A stretch of DNA of 64,000 bases from Chlamydiales bacterium (lineage in GTDB: Bacteria; Chlamydiota; Chlamydiia; Chlamydiales; JAAZZY01), in NCBI GenBank assembly GCA_965206695.1, contig CBDBKM010000010.1:288001-352000 (forward strand), in the 5' to 3' direction. A program made the translations under genes and the position numbers. This document shows positions 1-11,786 of the stretch, in pieces (the first letter of the stretch is position 1; each line of letters begins with the position of its first letter). Below the pieces are notes generated by a model that was not told where the DNA came from, did no database searches, and saw only the letters and a program-made list of their open reading frames with translations.

Positions 1-229
1 GTGCCCTATCACTATCTCTTAAAGTGATGATACTATAGAACCATATGACACATGCAGTTAATGAAAGAGCAAATAATATCGTATAAATAATAGGTGAGGC
101 TAAAAAAACTTTCTTTAGATCCGGTATAGCCGCAACGGGCTTAATGGTTAGAGACTCTTGGGCAAAAATATTTGCATGAGAAAGAAGAGTAAAAAAAATA
201 AAAAAGCCACTAAAACTTGTTCTTTTCAT
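1..229 (-). CDS. 5' part of a probable MotA/TolQ/ExbB-family membrane protein (runs off the window)
   Basis: Manual translation from ATG at 229 is open to the edge: MKRTSFSGFFIFFTLLSHANIFAQE...FLASPIIYTILFALSLTACVIWFYSIITLRD. It has a signal-like N-terminus and a TM helix as in ExbB/TolQ; the family call is by resemblance only. Confidence 0.45.
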   Translation of the reverse strand, partial: MKRTSFSGFFIFFTLLSHANIFAQESLTIKPVAAIPDLKKVFLASPIIYTILFALSLTACVIWFYSIITLRDSDRA

Positions 230-338
230 CTAAACACTACCTATTATGATAAATACTAAGCTAAAGATAGAAGTCAGATCGGTATAATGCAAGCATAATG
301 TTATCCCGTACTTGATGCCATGATTTTTCATTTTTAGG

Positions 339-1526
339 TTAATAGTGGGTTTCTTTTTTTATTTTTTTCTTTTGCATCTGAGCTGTCCAGATGGCTTGTG
401 GGTCTCGTATTTTAGCTTGTAAGTCTCTAAGAGCCCGGTTTTGAGAGCGAATTTTTAGAGTTTGTTTTTCAATAAGCTCTGCTTGTTTTTGATCTTGTTC
501 CTTTAAAGCAGCAATAAGAGATAGCTCAGAATTCTCTTGTGGAATAGCATATCTTAAAATTTTAGGACCTTCTTGTTCACTTAAAGTATTAGATGATGTA
601 GCATAGACATGCAAAGCTAAGTGGCTTTGTTTCGGTTTAATGATATACCTAACACCAAAGATAGATAAACAGGTTAAGAGGATTAAGCCTAAAACTGCAG
701 AGTAGTATCGCTTATAGGAGCGTTGAAAAAAGAGGTTTTGTGAAAAAAAACTTTTATTTTGAGCTATAGGGGAAGCGTTTATTGCAGGAATGGGTGTGTT
801 AACATCTTCACAAGAATAGGAGATCAATCGAACGGTATTAGCAGAGGTACTCATTTGGCTAATGCGCTTGGTCACGCCTGTTTTTTTATTGAAAGGAGAC
901 CGACTAAAATCTTGAATGTCTTGTTGAGAATGTTTAGAATATAAACCGTAGCAGGCTAAGACATAATTATCTAAAAACTCGGCAGAAAGCTTTTGGATAT
1001 GTACTTTTATTCCTTGCCGGGCCCCTAAAGCATTATTTATTTTTTTAAAACGCTCATCCGGAGTTAATGAAGAACGGTGTGTATCAATAACGGGATCGAG
1101 AAAAACTTCTTTTATCTCTTTTGAACTGATTTGGTAAGCTAAGCAGTCACCAACACCGGCCATAAGGATTTCTCTTTTTAGAGATGAATCTTTTCCATTT
1201 AGATTAGTTATTGGGTTGATCTCAGCTAGAATCAGGCAAGAAACTTTAAAGGACCCTTTAGGTAAATTTAATTGTTTACTAAGAGTGAGATGAGCGATTT
1301 CTAAGGCTTTTTTAGCAACAGATTCATTTATATTTTCTAAATGATTCTGCAAATGTTTTTTTATAATTCTTTCAGCAAAATGCGCTACTTTTTGTCCTAA
1401 ACTAGGATTATTAAGGACTAACCCATCACATAGAACATAAAAAACAGGTGGATTTCGGGTTTCTTGAAAAGACTCCTGAACACCTAATGAAGTTAGCAGA
1501 AAATCAGATATTTTTAAAATGTTCAT
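339..1526 (-). CDS. Degenerate PP2C-fold protein with C-terminal TM helix and coiled coil
   Basis: Has VLCDG and AGVGDCLAY motifs and INNALG. The LCSDG motif is replaced by LACYG. Hydrophobic helix SAVLGLILLTCLSIFGV is followed by a Q/K/E-rich tail. Confidence 0.55.
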   Translation of the reverse strand: MNILKISDFLLTSLGVQESFQETRNPPVFYVLCDGLVLNNPSLGQKVAHFAERIIKKHLQNHLENINESVAKKALEIAHLTLSKQLNLPKGSFKVSCLILAEINPITNLNGKDSSLKREILMAGVGDCLAYQISSKEIKEVFLDPVIDTHRSSLTPDERFKKINNALGARQGIKVHIQKLSAEFLDNYVLACYGLYSKHSQQDIQDFSRSPFNKKTGVTKRISQMSTSANTVRLISYSCEDVNTPIPAINASPIAQNKSFFSQNLFFQRSYKRYYSAVLGLILLTCLSIFGVRYIIKPKQSHLALHVYATSSNTLSEQEGPKILRYAIPQENSELSLIAALKEQDQKQAELIEKQTLKIRSQNRALRDLQAKIRDPQAIWTAQMQKKKIKKETHY

Positions 1527-1982
1527 ATAATCCCCGTTAATCCAAAATAATTAGAAGGCTAGCAATAAACTTTACTTTGAACGCAGAAAAAAATCAAGGC
1601 TTACAAAACTTATGTGTCTTTATACGCTCTTTTGATTGAATCCATTGAATCTTAATAGAATTTCTTTTTCTGTAAAGTTTTAAATGGCTTTAGAAAATAG
1701 AAATAAAAACGAAGAATTTATACCAATTCCATAAAATAAATTCATGCATATTATTTGATAAATATGTTAAACTTTTTCTCAAAACAAGGAGCTTACAAAT
1801 GGGTAGACGAATAAAGGGATTTGAGTCTTACGACTCTGATAAATTATCTAAAATAGAAGGTAGACCTAGAGAAAGAAGACGATATCTTGCTTTTGCACAT
1901 AATACGAGAAGGTAAAATTATACTATACTAAAGCAAAGAGTTTTCTCGCTTAATGATCATAAATAAGGATATCTGTTCACGT

Positions 1983-2708
1983 ATGAAACCTAAAGAACTC
2001 AAACTTCCTTACAAATGGCAGGAGCGGAAAGTCGTTTTTTCTCGACAAGAATGTATTCTGTATGTCCCTGATTACTATGATCATTATGAGGAATATACTT
2101 TTCCCGGATGGGATAGTCCCTTGCTATTTGGGAATATGCAGCCCGTTTATATTGAATATTGTAGCGGTCATGGGCATTGGATTGTAAATAAGGCCAAGGC
2201 AAATAAACATATCAATTGGGTCGCCGTTGAAAAACGTTTCGACCGGGTTCAAAAGATATATTCAAAAAGATGCAATGAAAATCTTGATAATCTGTTTATT
2301 ATTTGTGGAGAAGCAAATCTCATTTCAAAGAGTTATATCCCGAATGCAAGTGTTGAACAGGTTTTTATTAATTTCCCTGACCCTTGGCCTAAGAAAAAAC
2401 ATACTAAAAATCGTTTAATTAATGATGCATTTTTAAATGAGCTGACGCGGATTTTAAAGCATGAGTCTACTTTAAGTATTGTTACTGATGATAGGCCTTA
2501 TGCTGAATATATTCTTGAAATTTTTGACCGTTTCAAAGATTTTAAATCCTGTTACCTCAAGCCTTATTATGTATGTCATTGTCCGGAATACGGGACATCC
2601 TATTTTCAAGAATTATGGAACTCTAAAGAAAAAATTATTCGTTATTTTTCCTTTTATTATGATAAGAAAAGCAGTAAGATAAACTCTTACGATCTTAATA
2701 TGATATAA
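1983..2708 (+). CDS. trmB: tRNA (guanine-N7)-methyltransferase
   Basis: IEYCSGHG SAM motif, AVEKR, INFPDPWPKKKHTKNRL, VTD. Start taken at ATG 1983 (MKPKELKLP). Confidence 0.93.
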   Translation: MKPKELKLPYKWQERKVVFSRQECILYVPDYYDHYEEYTFPGWDSPLLFGNMQPVYIEYCSGHGHWIVNKAKANKHINWVAVEKRFDRVQKIYSKRCNENLDNLFIICGEANLISKSYIPNASVEQVFINFPDPWPKKKHTKNRLINDAFLNELTRILKHESTLSIVTDDRPYAEYILEIFDRFKDFKSCYLKPYYVCHCPEYGTSYFQELWNSKEKIIRYFSFYYDKKSSKINSYDLNMI

Positions 2709-2712
2709 GTAT

Positions 2713-3858
2713 TTGAATATGAGCGCTATTGTAGAAATTAATCCCGGAAATGGTATGATAGAAATTGAGGGAAAGCCTTTTTCTCCTATTATTTATGATC
2801 TTAAAACCGATGAAGAAATCCCTCAAGGTTTTAATGCGGTGAAAGTTTGCCTGCCGGCTAATTTAGAATCCGATTTGAAATGGGACTCTAAATTAGAGCA
2901 AGCTAAGCGATATATAGATCAGGGGTATTACATATTTTGGGAATTGGAAATGGGACTATTTAGTGATCTACCCCTTCCTTTATCAGATACAACCCAGTAT
3001 CGTTCCTTATTGATAGCTCTCGACCATTTTTTTGAAACCTGCTGGAAATCATTTAAATATAAAACGCTGGGTGTTTCCCTTTTTCGTGGTTCAATAGATT
3101 TTAGTAAAAACTTTGTCCGGGATATCGAACAAGTCATTAATGTAAGAGGTTGGATTGAAGACCGATTCTTAAATACGGAAAATTTCAAAAAAAAGACGGA
3201 AATCGATTTAAATGATATTTACAAGTTAGAAATGGAGCAACTTAAAGAAAATGAAAAAGGTTTAAACCTTCTTCGTCTTTATTCAAGAGATGTTGCTCTA
3301 GATTATATCGATCTATTAGTCTCACATTTTCCTGATGAGTTGCAGGCTTTTATTTTTTTAGATGTAAAAGGAGTGAAATCGCCAACACATCTTTTTCAGC
3401 TTTTAGGTAAGGAAAGTATTGAATATGTTAATTTAGCGATTAGAGGTGCAGATTTATATTATCCTTCTTTAGTCTGGGACAGAGGGAAGAGTATTGTGGG
3501 TTATATTGGGGGAAAAAAATGTGATGATTGTCTTCTGGATGCTTTGCCGAAAATTGGAGTGATGATTCCCGAAGAAGAACTATTCGATCCAAATGATTAT
3601 ATGAAATTGGACAAAGCAATTGATTTGTTAAAGCAATATAACATGTTTTTTCGCCCTATTTTAGAGCGTCATCTGACAATGGAATGGGATGGGTTAGACG
3701 AACTGATTGTTTTAAGTCCAAAAGTGAATAAAGAAGCGATGCGTAAACTACAAGGTTTTTGTGCTGCTAACGGTAAGGTTATTCATTTGGAGAATCCATT
3801 ACATTTAGAGTCTGAAGAATCTTTCCAATCTTTTGAAAAACGTCAATTTAATCAATAG
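2713..3858 (+). CDS. Hypothetical protein
   Basis: 381-aa ORF closely spaced between trmB and pgi; no family confidently recognised. Confidence 0.7.
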   Translation: MNMSAIVEINPGNGMIEIEGKPFSPIIYDLKTDEEIPQGFNAVKVCLPANLESDLKWDSKLEQAKRYIDQGYYIFWELEMGLFSDLPLPLSDTTQYRSLLIALDHFFETCWKSFKYKTLGVSLFRGSIDFSKNFVRDIEQVINVRGWIEDRFLNTENFKKKTEIDLNDIYKLEMEQLKENEKGLNLLRLYSRDVALDYIDLLVSHFPDELQAFIFLDVKGVKSPTHLFQLLGKESIEYVNLAIRGADLYYPSLVWDRGKSIVGYIGGKKCDDCLLDALPKIGVMIPEEELFDPNDYMKLDKAIDLLKQYNMFFRPILERHLTMEWDGLDELIVLSPKVNKEAMRKLQGFCAANGKVIHLENPLHLESEESFQSFEKRQFNQ

Positions 3859-3871
3859 TATCAGGAGCTAA

Positions 3872-5515
<1,644 letters not shown>

Positions 5516-5790
5516 TTTGAATTAAGCCATATAAGTACTTTTAAATCAGCTTTTTAAGGCAGAAGTCAAAGGTTTGTGATTCTTAAGGTGACTTAATATT
5601 TCAGAAGATGATGACTCTGCGGATAAAGGCTGTTTTCTTGAAATGGATCCGGTACTCACATAAAACCTTTTTTAATTTTTTAATATAACTCTATTCTAGT
5701 CAATTAAACAAAAAATAAAGTTTATTAAGTTAATTAATTATAGTTGTTAATAGGATTTTATAAATAATTGACAAGAAAAAATATTAATAA

Positions 5791-6900
5791 ATGACTAATT
5801 TTGCACACCCTACATGGATTGAGATTGATCTCAGTCAATTTAAAAAAAATATTGTGAATATAAGGAAATTGATTGGTAATAGGCTATATTGCCTACCCGT
5901 TAAGGCAAATGCCTATGGTCATGGGCTTGTAGAAGTTGCTAAAGCTGCTATAGAAGCAAGAGTAGATTATTTAGGAGTCTCTTGCCTTAAAGAAGGTGCT
6001 TTATTACGAGAGGCCAAGATTGATCTCCCCATATTGGTTATGGGAGCCATTCATGAAGATCAAATCGAAGAGCTGATACGCTATAATCTTGAATTTTCCA
6101 TCAGCTCTAAATACAAAGCAGATTTGGTCGCTAAGCGATGTAAGCTTACTAATAAGAGATGTAGTATCCATATAGAAGTAGACTCAGGGATGCATCGAAC
6201 AGGGGTTCGTTGTTCCGGTGCAATGGAGCTTTATAATTATTTAAAATCCCTCAATTATTTTGAAATCGTTGGAGTATACTCTCATTTTGCAAAAGGAGAT
6301 GATCCGCACGATGCCTTTTCTTCTAAGCAAATACATGATTTTAAAGAGCTTATCAGACAATTTAAACAAGATGAATCCAATATGATCTTTCATTTAGCAA
6401 ATTCCGGTGGGGTTTTGTATTTTTCTGATGCTTATTTTGATATGGTTAGGCCGGGTATCTTAAGTTTTGGTGTTCTGCAAAATCAGATTCACCCCATATT
6501 AGAAGATTTAGCTTCATTTTTTACGCTCAAAGCCAGAATATCTTATTTTAAGGTGATTAGTAAAGGAGGGGGTATTAGCTATGGCCACATTTTCATTACC
6601 GGCAAACAGACTCGAATTGTTACGATTCCGTTAGGTTATGGTGATGGTTTTCGGAGAGCTCTTTCAAATAAAGGATCTGTATTAATTAGAGGAAAACGGT
6701 ATCCTATTGTAGGTAATATTTGTATGGATCAATTTATGGTGGATATCGGGTCTGATGAAGCCTATGTAGGTGATGAAGTGGTCTTAATCGGGAGGCAGGG
6801 GGATAATGAAATAACGGTTCAAGAAGTGGCTACTTTATGTGATACGATTCCTCATGAGATTCTATGTGCTTTTAATGAACGAATCCCTCGCTTTTATTAA
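5791..6900 (+). CDS. alr: Alanine racemase
   Basis: VKANAYGHG (PLP lysine), DSGMHRTG, YSHF, VRPGI, GYGDG, GNICMDQ. Confidence 0.96.
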   Translation: MTNFAHPTWIEIDLSQFKKNIVNIRKLIGNRLYCLPVKANAYGHGLVEVAKAAIEARVDYLGVSCLKEGALLREAKIDLPILVMGAIHEDQIEELIRYNLEFSISSKYKADLVAKRCKLTNKRCSIHIEVDSGMHRTGVRCSGAMELYNYLKSLNYFEIVGVYSHFAKGDDPHDAFSSKQIHDFKELIRQFKQDESNMIFHLANSGGVLYFSDAYFDMVRPGILSFGVLQNQIHPILEDLASFFTLKARISYFKVISKGGGISYGHIFITGKQTRIVTIPLGYGDGFRRALSNKGSVLIRGKRYPIVGNICMDQFMVDIGSDEAYVGDEVVLIGRQGDNEITVQEVATLCDTIPHEILCAFNERIPRFY

Positions 6901-6959
6901 TTATCTATTAAAAAATTCGTAAGTGTATTAATTAAAAGATAATACTTCGGAGCTAAAAG

Positions 6960-8594
6960 ATGTTTGTTAAAAAGGTCCCTATTTTAATTGTTGGTGCAGG
7001 TCCTGTCGGATTAATGATGGCACTTGAACTAACTCGAAATAATATTCCTGTTCGAATTATTGATCAAAATCCTGTGCCTACTCAAGAATCAAGAGCATTA
7101 GGCTTACATGCTAAAACATTAGAATTATTTGCTAAAATGGAATTAATTGATGATTTTTTAGACGAAGGGAATAATGTTTTTGGCGCCAGTATGTTTTCCG
7201 GAGAGAAGAAAATATTAGATCTTGATTTCACACATCTTAATTCTCCTTATCCTTTTATCCATATCTTACCACAAAATAGAACCGAGCGAATACTGATTGA
7301 TCATCTTAGTAATTTAGGTGTTGAAGTTGAGAGAAACACCAAGCTCCTCGATTTAAAACAACATAATACAGAAGTGGAAGCCCAAATTTTAAGAGATGAT
7401 AAACAAGAAGAACCGTTCAGTGTGCCTTACTTGATTGCTTGTGACGGGGCTCATAGTAAAGTAAGAAATCTTATCGGAGCCGAATTTGAAGGGCATGTTT
7501 ATGAACAAGCTTTTGTATTAGGAGATGTTAAAATAAAATGGTCTTATTCCGAAGATAGATTAAGAGCTTTCTTTCATAAAAAAGGTCCTTTGTTTTTTTT
7601 TCCTATGGGAAATGATCGTTACCGTATCGTTTGCAACCGGCCATATGCAAAAGATCAAGATAAAGAAGTGACGTTATCATATCTTCAAAAGGTAATTGAT
7701 GAAAGAGATTGTGGTAGTATTCACTTGAGTGATCCAACGTGGATGACTCATTTTAACATCCATCATCGTCAGGTGAAACATTATCGATATAATCGAGTTT
7801 TTTTAGTTGGGGATGCAGCACATATTCATAGCCCGGCAGGAGGACAAGGTTTAAATACAGGTATTCAAGATGCTCAAAATCTAGCTTGGAAGTTAGCCTT
7901 AGTAGAGAGGGGATTGGGAAAAAGCTCTATTTTAGATAGTTATCATGAAGAGCGTTATCCAATAGGAAAACAGGTCTTAAAAGGCACAGATAAATTAACT
8001 AAAACAGCTACTTTAAAATCACCTATGAAACGAAAATTGAGAGATATTATATTTCGGATTTTGGATTGGACTAAGATAGCACAAAGAACAATGGTCCCGG
8101 TTTTGGCAGAAATCAACTATAACTATCGAAAAACATCTCTTGTAAAAGCCAAAGGAATTAATCGGTTGTCGTGGGCTTTAGGAGCCGGGCCTTGCGCAGG
8201 CGATAGAGCTTTAGACAGTTCGTTAATCGATGATAAGAATGGCAAGATAAAGCTCTACGATATCTTAGGAGGCACCCCATTTCATCTGCTTCTTTTCTTA
8301 AGTGGTAAGCTTAAAAGTAAACAGTTAAAAGATTTAATTGAAATTGTTCAGGTAGTCGATGAACGGTTTCCCGATATTATAACGACATCTTTGATTGTTA
8401 GGGGTAAAGAACCTCTTGCTTTCATAGATAAGAATTGTAATCAGTATTTAGATCCGAACAATCAAGTACATGAGATATATGGAGCAGATAGACCTACTTT
8501 ATATCTTATCCGACCCGATAATTATATCGGGTTTATTAATCGCCCCCCCCAAACATCAGATCTTCTTGATTATTTAAAAAAGATTTTACTTTAA
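6960..8594 (+). CDS. FAD-dependent monooxygenase (PheA/TfdB/UbiH-like)
   Basis: IVGAGPVGL, ACDGAHSKVR, GDAAHIHSPAGGQGLNTGIQDA, C-terminal LIRPDNYI. Confidence 0.92.
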   Translation: MFVKKVPILIVGAGPVGLMMALELTRNNIPVRIIDQNPVPTQESRALGLHAKTLELFAKMELIDDFLDEGNNVFGASMFSGEKKILDLDFTHLNSPYPFIHILPQNRTERILIDHLSNLGVEVERNTKLLDLKQHNTEVEAQILRDDKQEEPFSVPYLIACDGAHSKVRNLIGAEFEGHVYEQAFVLGDVKIKWSYSEDRLRAFFHKKGPLFFFPMGNDRYRIVCNRPYAKDQDKEVTLSYLQKVIDERDCGSIHLSDPTWMTHFNIHHRQVKHYRYNRVFLVGDAAHIHSPAGGQGLNTGIQDAQNLAWKLALVERGLGKSSILDSYHEERYPIGKQVLKGTDKLTKTATLKSPMKRKLRDIIFRILDWTKIAQRTMVPVLAEINYNYRKTSLVKAKGINRLSWALGAGPCAGDRALDSSLIDDKNGKIKLYDILGGTPFHLLLFLSGKLKSKQLKDLIEIVQVVDERFPDIITTSLIVRGKEPLAFIDKNCNQYLDPNNQVHEIYGADRPTLYLIRPDNYIGFINRPPQTSDLLDYLKKILL

Positions 8595-9896
8595 GTTACT
8601 TGTTGTTGCTCGCTTCGCCTCAATCCATCTAACAATAGTATTGAAATAAGCGTCTCCTACCTCTTTAATCCTTTTAGGAGCAGGTTGCCCCTCTACAAGC
8701 AAGTCATTTGATGAGAGACATAGGCATTCATCATAATTATCTTGGCATAAAGGTTCAGCATAGAGTACCGGGGCATGTACAAGGCGTGTTAGTGTTAAAT
8801 TACGATTATAAACTCCCGGAGCTGACTTCAAACAAAGAGCGGATAAGTATCGGAAATTTTTTTGAAGGGTAGGCACTTGTATATGTCTGTTCAGTTCTTC
8901 TAGAGCAATTGTTGCCAAAGATTGAGAGTCTTCAATATCTGTTGTGATAATTAAACGAATAAACTCATAACGCGATCTTTGATCTTTTAGAGATTCATTG
9001 CGATATGCTTCGTCTTTTAAATGCCCTTTTCGAAAGGCTCCGGGGATAAAAGTTAGACTGTAGTTATCTTCAGTTCCCGGAGTTTTTCCCGTTTTTTGAT
9101 CATAGATACCCCCCAAATTGTAATGAATAGAAATGGCTAAATGAGGTTGAAATGCATTGATGATATCAGCTCTTTTTTTTGTATCCAGGAAGTTATAAGT
9201 CGAGCGAAAAATTTCTGTTAAAGAAGCTGATTGCAGCCACCAGTTTTGTTGCTCTTTTTTTTTGTCAGAATCTTTAATTGAGGAAGTTAAGATTTTCACA
9301 GCATTAGCAAAATCTTGTGAATACCAGGCATCAAAATCTTTTTCGTAAACAGCCTGACCATTACTTTCTCTGGTTAAGATGACTTCAGCTCCTAGTTTTA
9401 TTAATTCATTTCTTAAGAGTTTGGCTGTCGATAAAGCTAAAGTTCCTTCATCAAATTGGATATCTTCACGGTTTTCTATTTGCTTGCAAGCTTGCATATC
9501 AATATATTTTTCTTCTAAACGGGCCATTTTACCTCCAATATGACCGGGATCGATAGCAATGCGAACGCCTTCTAGAGGCTTTTTCTTATTAACGAGGGGA
9601 GGGATTTTTCGTTTAAACTCATAACCCTTACCAAACGTGAGAATGAACTCCGGTATTTGATTTATCTTATCGTCTAATGAGGAAAATAAATATAAAGCGT
9701 GATCATCAATTAAATAGTAGTTTTCTATCTCTTTATCTTTTTTTAAATGGGAGTCAATTTTGTCTCTGACTTCCTTAGAAGAGAATTTGTCTTGCCAAGC
9801 ATCAAAATCACTATATTGAAAAGAGGCGTAAAGAGTTAAAGTTGATGGTATAAGAAACATGAAGAAAAAAAATATTTTTTTGATGTTTAAACACAT
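8586..9896 (-). CDS. N-acetylmuramoyl-L-alanine amidase (Amidase_3), exported
   Basis: Signal peptide; IAIDPGH, EGTLAL, VILTR, ISIHYN, LYAEP zinc-amidase motifs. Confidence 0.8.
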   Translation of the reverse strand: MCLNIKKIFFFFMFLIPSTLTLYASFQYSDFDAWQDKFSSKEVRDKIDSHLKKDKEIENYYLIDDHALYLFSSLDDKINQIPEFILTFGKGYEFKRKIPPLVNKKKPLEGVRIAIDPGHIGGKMARLEEKYIDMQACKQIENREDIQFDEGTLALSTAKLLRNELIKLGAEVILTRESNGQAVYEKDFDAWYSQDFANAVKILTSSIKDSDKKKEQQNWWLQSASLTEIFRSTYNFLDTKKRADIINAFQPHLAISIHYNLGGIYDQKTGKTPGTEDNYSLTFIPGAFRKGHLKDEAYRNESLKDQRSRYEFIRLIITTDIEDSQSLATIALEELNRHIQVPTLQKNFRYLSALCLKSAPGVYNRNLTLTRLVHAPVLYAEPLCQDNYDECLCLSSNDLLVEGQPAPKRIKEVGDAYFNTIVRWIEAKRATTSNLK

Positions 9897-9985
9897 GATA
9901 TTAAAAAGGGGTTAATTGAAATTTAGCTGGAAAACAGCAAAATAATATGTTAAAATTACACACTTTATAAAAAAGAACAACAAAT

Positions 9986-11713
9986 TTGATGAGACTCAGT
10001 AAGCTTTTTTTCAAGACATTTAAAGATGCACCTCAGGATGCCGATATTAGATCCCATCAACTTTTAGAAAGAGCGGGCTATATTCGTCGTCTTGCTCGTG
10101 GCCATTATGCTTATGCCCCATTAATGTGGCGTGTTTTACAAAAGACTATGCATATTATTAGAGAAGAATTGGATAAAGCGGATTCTCAAGAAGTATTACT
10201 GCCTCAAGTACATCCAAAGGAATTATGGGAGTTAAGTGATCGTTGGGATGAATATACGATAACGAAACTTCTTTATACTGTGCAAGACAGAGAGGGACAT
10301 GAATACTGCCTAGCCCCTACTCATGAAGAAGCTTTTACCTATATCTTACAAAATTGGGTTACCAGTTATAAGCAGTTACCTATCAATTTGTATCAAATCG
10401 CAACTAAATTTAGAGATGAGATAAGACCTCGGTTTGGTTTGATGCGATCCAAAGAATTCATCATGAAAGATGCTTATGCCTTTTGTTCTTCGGAAGATGA
10501 AATGGATGAAGAATATGGCAAAATGAGAAAGGCTTATGAACGGATTTTCAAGCGCTTAGAATTGGACTTTGTTATTGTGCAAGCTGACCCGGGTAAAATT
10601 GGACAGGGTAAATCAGAAGAATTTCAAGTAACGGCCGGTGTGGGAGAAGATGCTATTTTAGTCTGTCAAGCTCATGCTTTTAATGTTGAAAAAGCTCCTG
10701 TTACTATTTCTGCTTTTCCTTACGATCAACAATTAAAACCAATGGAAGAGCTTGTGACTCCTAATATTAAAACAATCGAAGCTTTGCAAAAATTTACCCA
10801 ACAGCCTCTTGAAATAATGCTTAAAACTCTTATTTATAAACTTATTTATAAAGATAGAGAAGAGTGGGTAGCTATTGGTATTCGTTCTGATAGACAGATA
10901 AATGAAGCAAAACTAATGGGAAAATTTGCTCCCTTGGATCTTATATTAGCAACGAATGAGGAGGTTAAAAAATTAACTCAGGTCGAAGTGGGTTTTATAG
11001 GTCCTGTACATTCACCCATCAAATTTTTTGCGGATAATTCCTGTCAGGCTATGACTAATTTTATTGTGGGAGCTAACCAAAAAGATAAGCATTTAGTGAA
11101 TGTGAATTGGGAAAGGGATTGTTCTATGCCGGAATTCTATGATTTTATTTTAGCTGAAGAAGGGGATCAATGTCCTCTTTCTAAAGAAGGGGTTTATGAG
11201 ATCAAAAGAGGTATTGAAGTTGGGCATATTTTTAACTTAGGAACAAAATATAGTGATGCTTTAAAAGCCTTTTTTCAAGATAAGAATGGAAAGGCCAAAC
11301 CTTTTTGGATGGGATCTTATGGTATTGGAGTTGGTCGAGTCATTCAGGCTTGTGTAGAACAAAAATATGATGATAAAGGGATTGTCTGGCCTCTGGCTAT
11401 TGCTCCCTATCATATCTTAGTCACAGCAGCAAATCCGAAAAATGAGGAATTAGTAGCTGTTACCGAAAAAGTTTATAAACGACTTATTGAGCTGGGCATT
11501 GAGGCTATCTATGATGATAGAAAAGAAAGATTAGGTCTTAAATTGAAAGATAGTGATCTTATGGGTATCCCTTTTAAATTAATTATTGGGAAAACTTATG
11601 AGGAGACTAAAAAACTGGAAATTGAACCTAGAGTAGGTGAGAAACAACTGATTTCAGAAGGTGATTTGGAAAGTTGGGCTCTAGACAATATACTTCAATT
11701 GATTGAAATCTAA
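9986..11713 (+). CDS. proS: Prolyl-tRNA synthetase
   Basis: LAPTHEE, KFRDEIRPRFGLMRSKEFIMKDAY, editing insertion, GIEVGHIF, GSYGIGVGR. Confidence 0.97.
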   Translation: MMRLSKLFFKTFKDAPQDADIRSHQLLERAGYIRRLARGHYAYAPLMWRVLQKTMHIIREELDKADSQEVLLPQVHPKELWELSDRWDEYTITKLLYTVQDREGHEYCLAPTHEEAFTYILQNWVTSYKQLPINLYQIATKFRDEIRPRFGLMRSKEFIMKDAYAFCSSEDEMDEEYGKMRKAYERIFKRLELDFVIVQADPGKIGQGKSEEFQVTAGVGEDAILVCQAHAFNVEKAPVTISAFPYDQQLKPMEELVTPNIKTIEALQKFTQQPLEIMLKTLIYKLIYKDREEWVAIGIRSDRQINEAKLMGKFAPLDLILATNEEVKKLTQVEVGFIGPVHSPIKFFADNSCQAMTNFIVGANQKDKHLVNVNWERDCSMPEFYDFILAEEGDQCPLSKEGVYEIKRGIEVGHIFNLGTKYSDALKAFFQDKNGKAKPFWMGSYGIGVGRVIQACVEQKYDDKGIVWPLAIAPYHILVTAANPKNEELVAVTEKVYKRLIELGIEAIYDDRKERLGLKLKDSDLMGIPFKLIIGKTYEETKKLEIEPRVGEKQLISEGDLESWALDNILQLIEI

Positions 11714-11786
11714 TTATTTTTTTCTTTTTTTAATCTATTTATTTTTGAATTGTATTTATAAAAAAGTCATTTTTTTTTATGGATAA

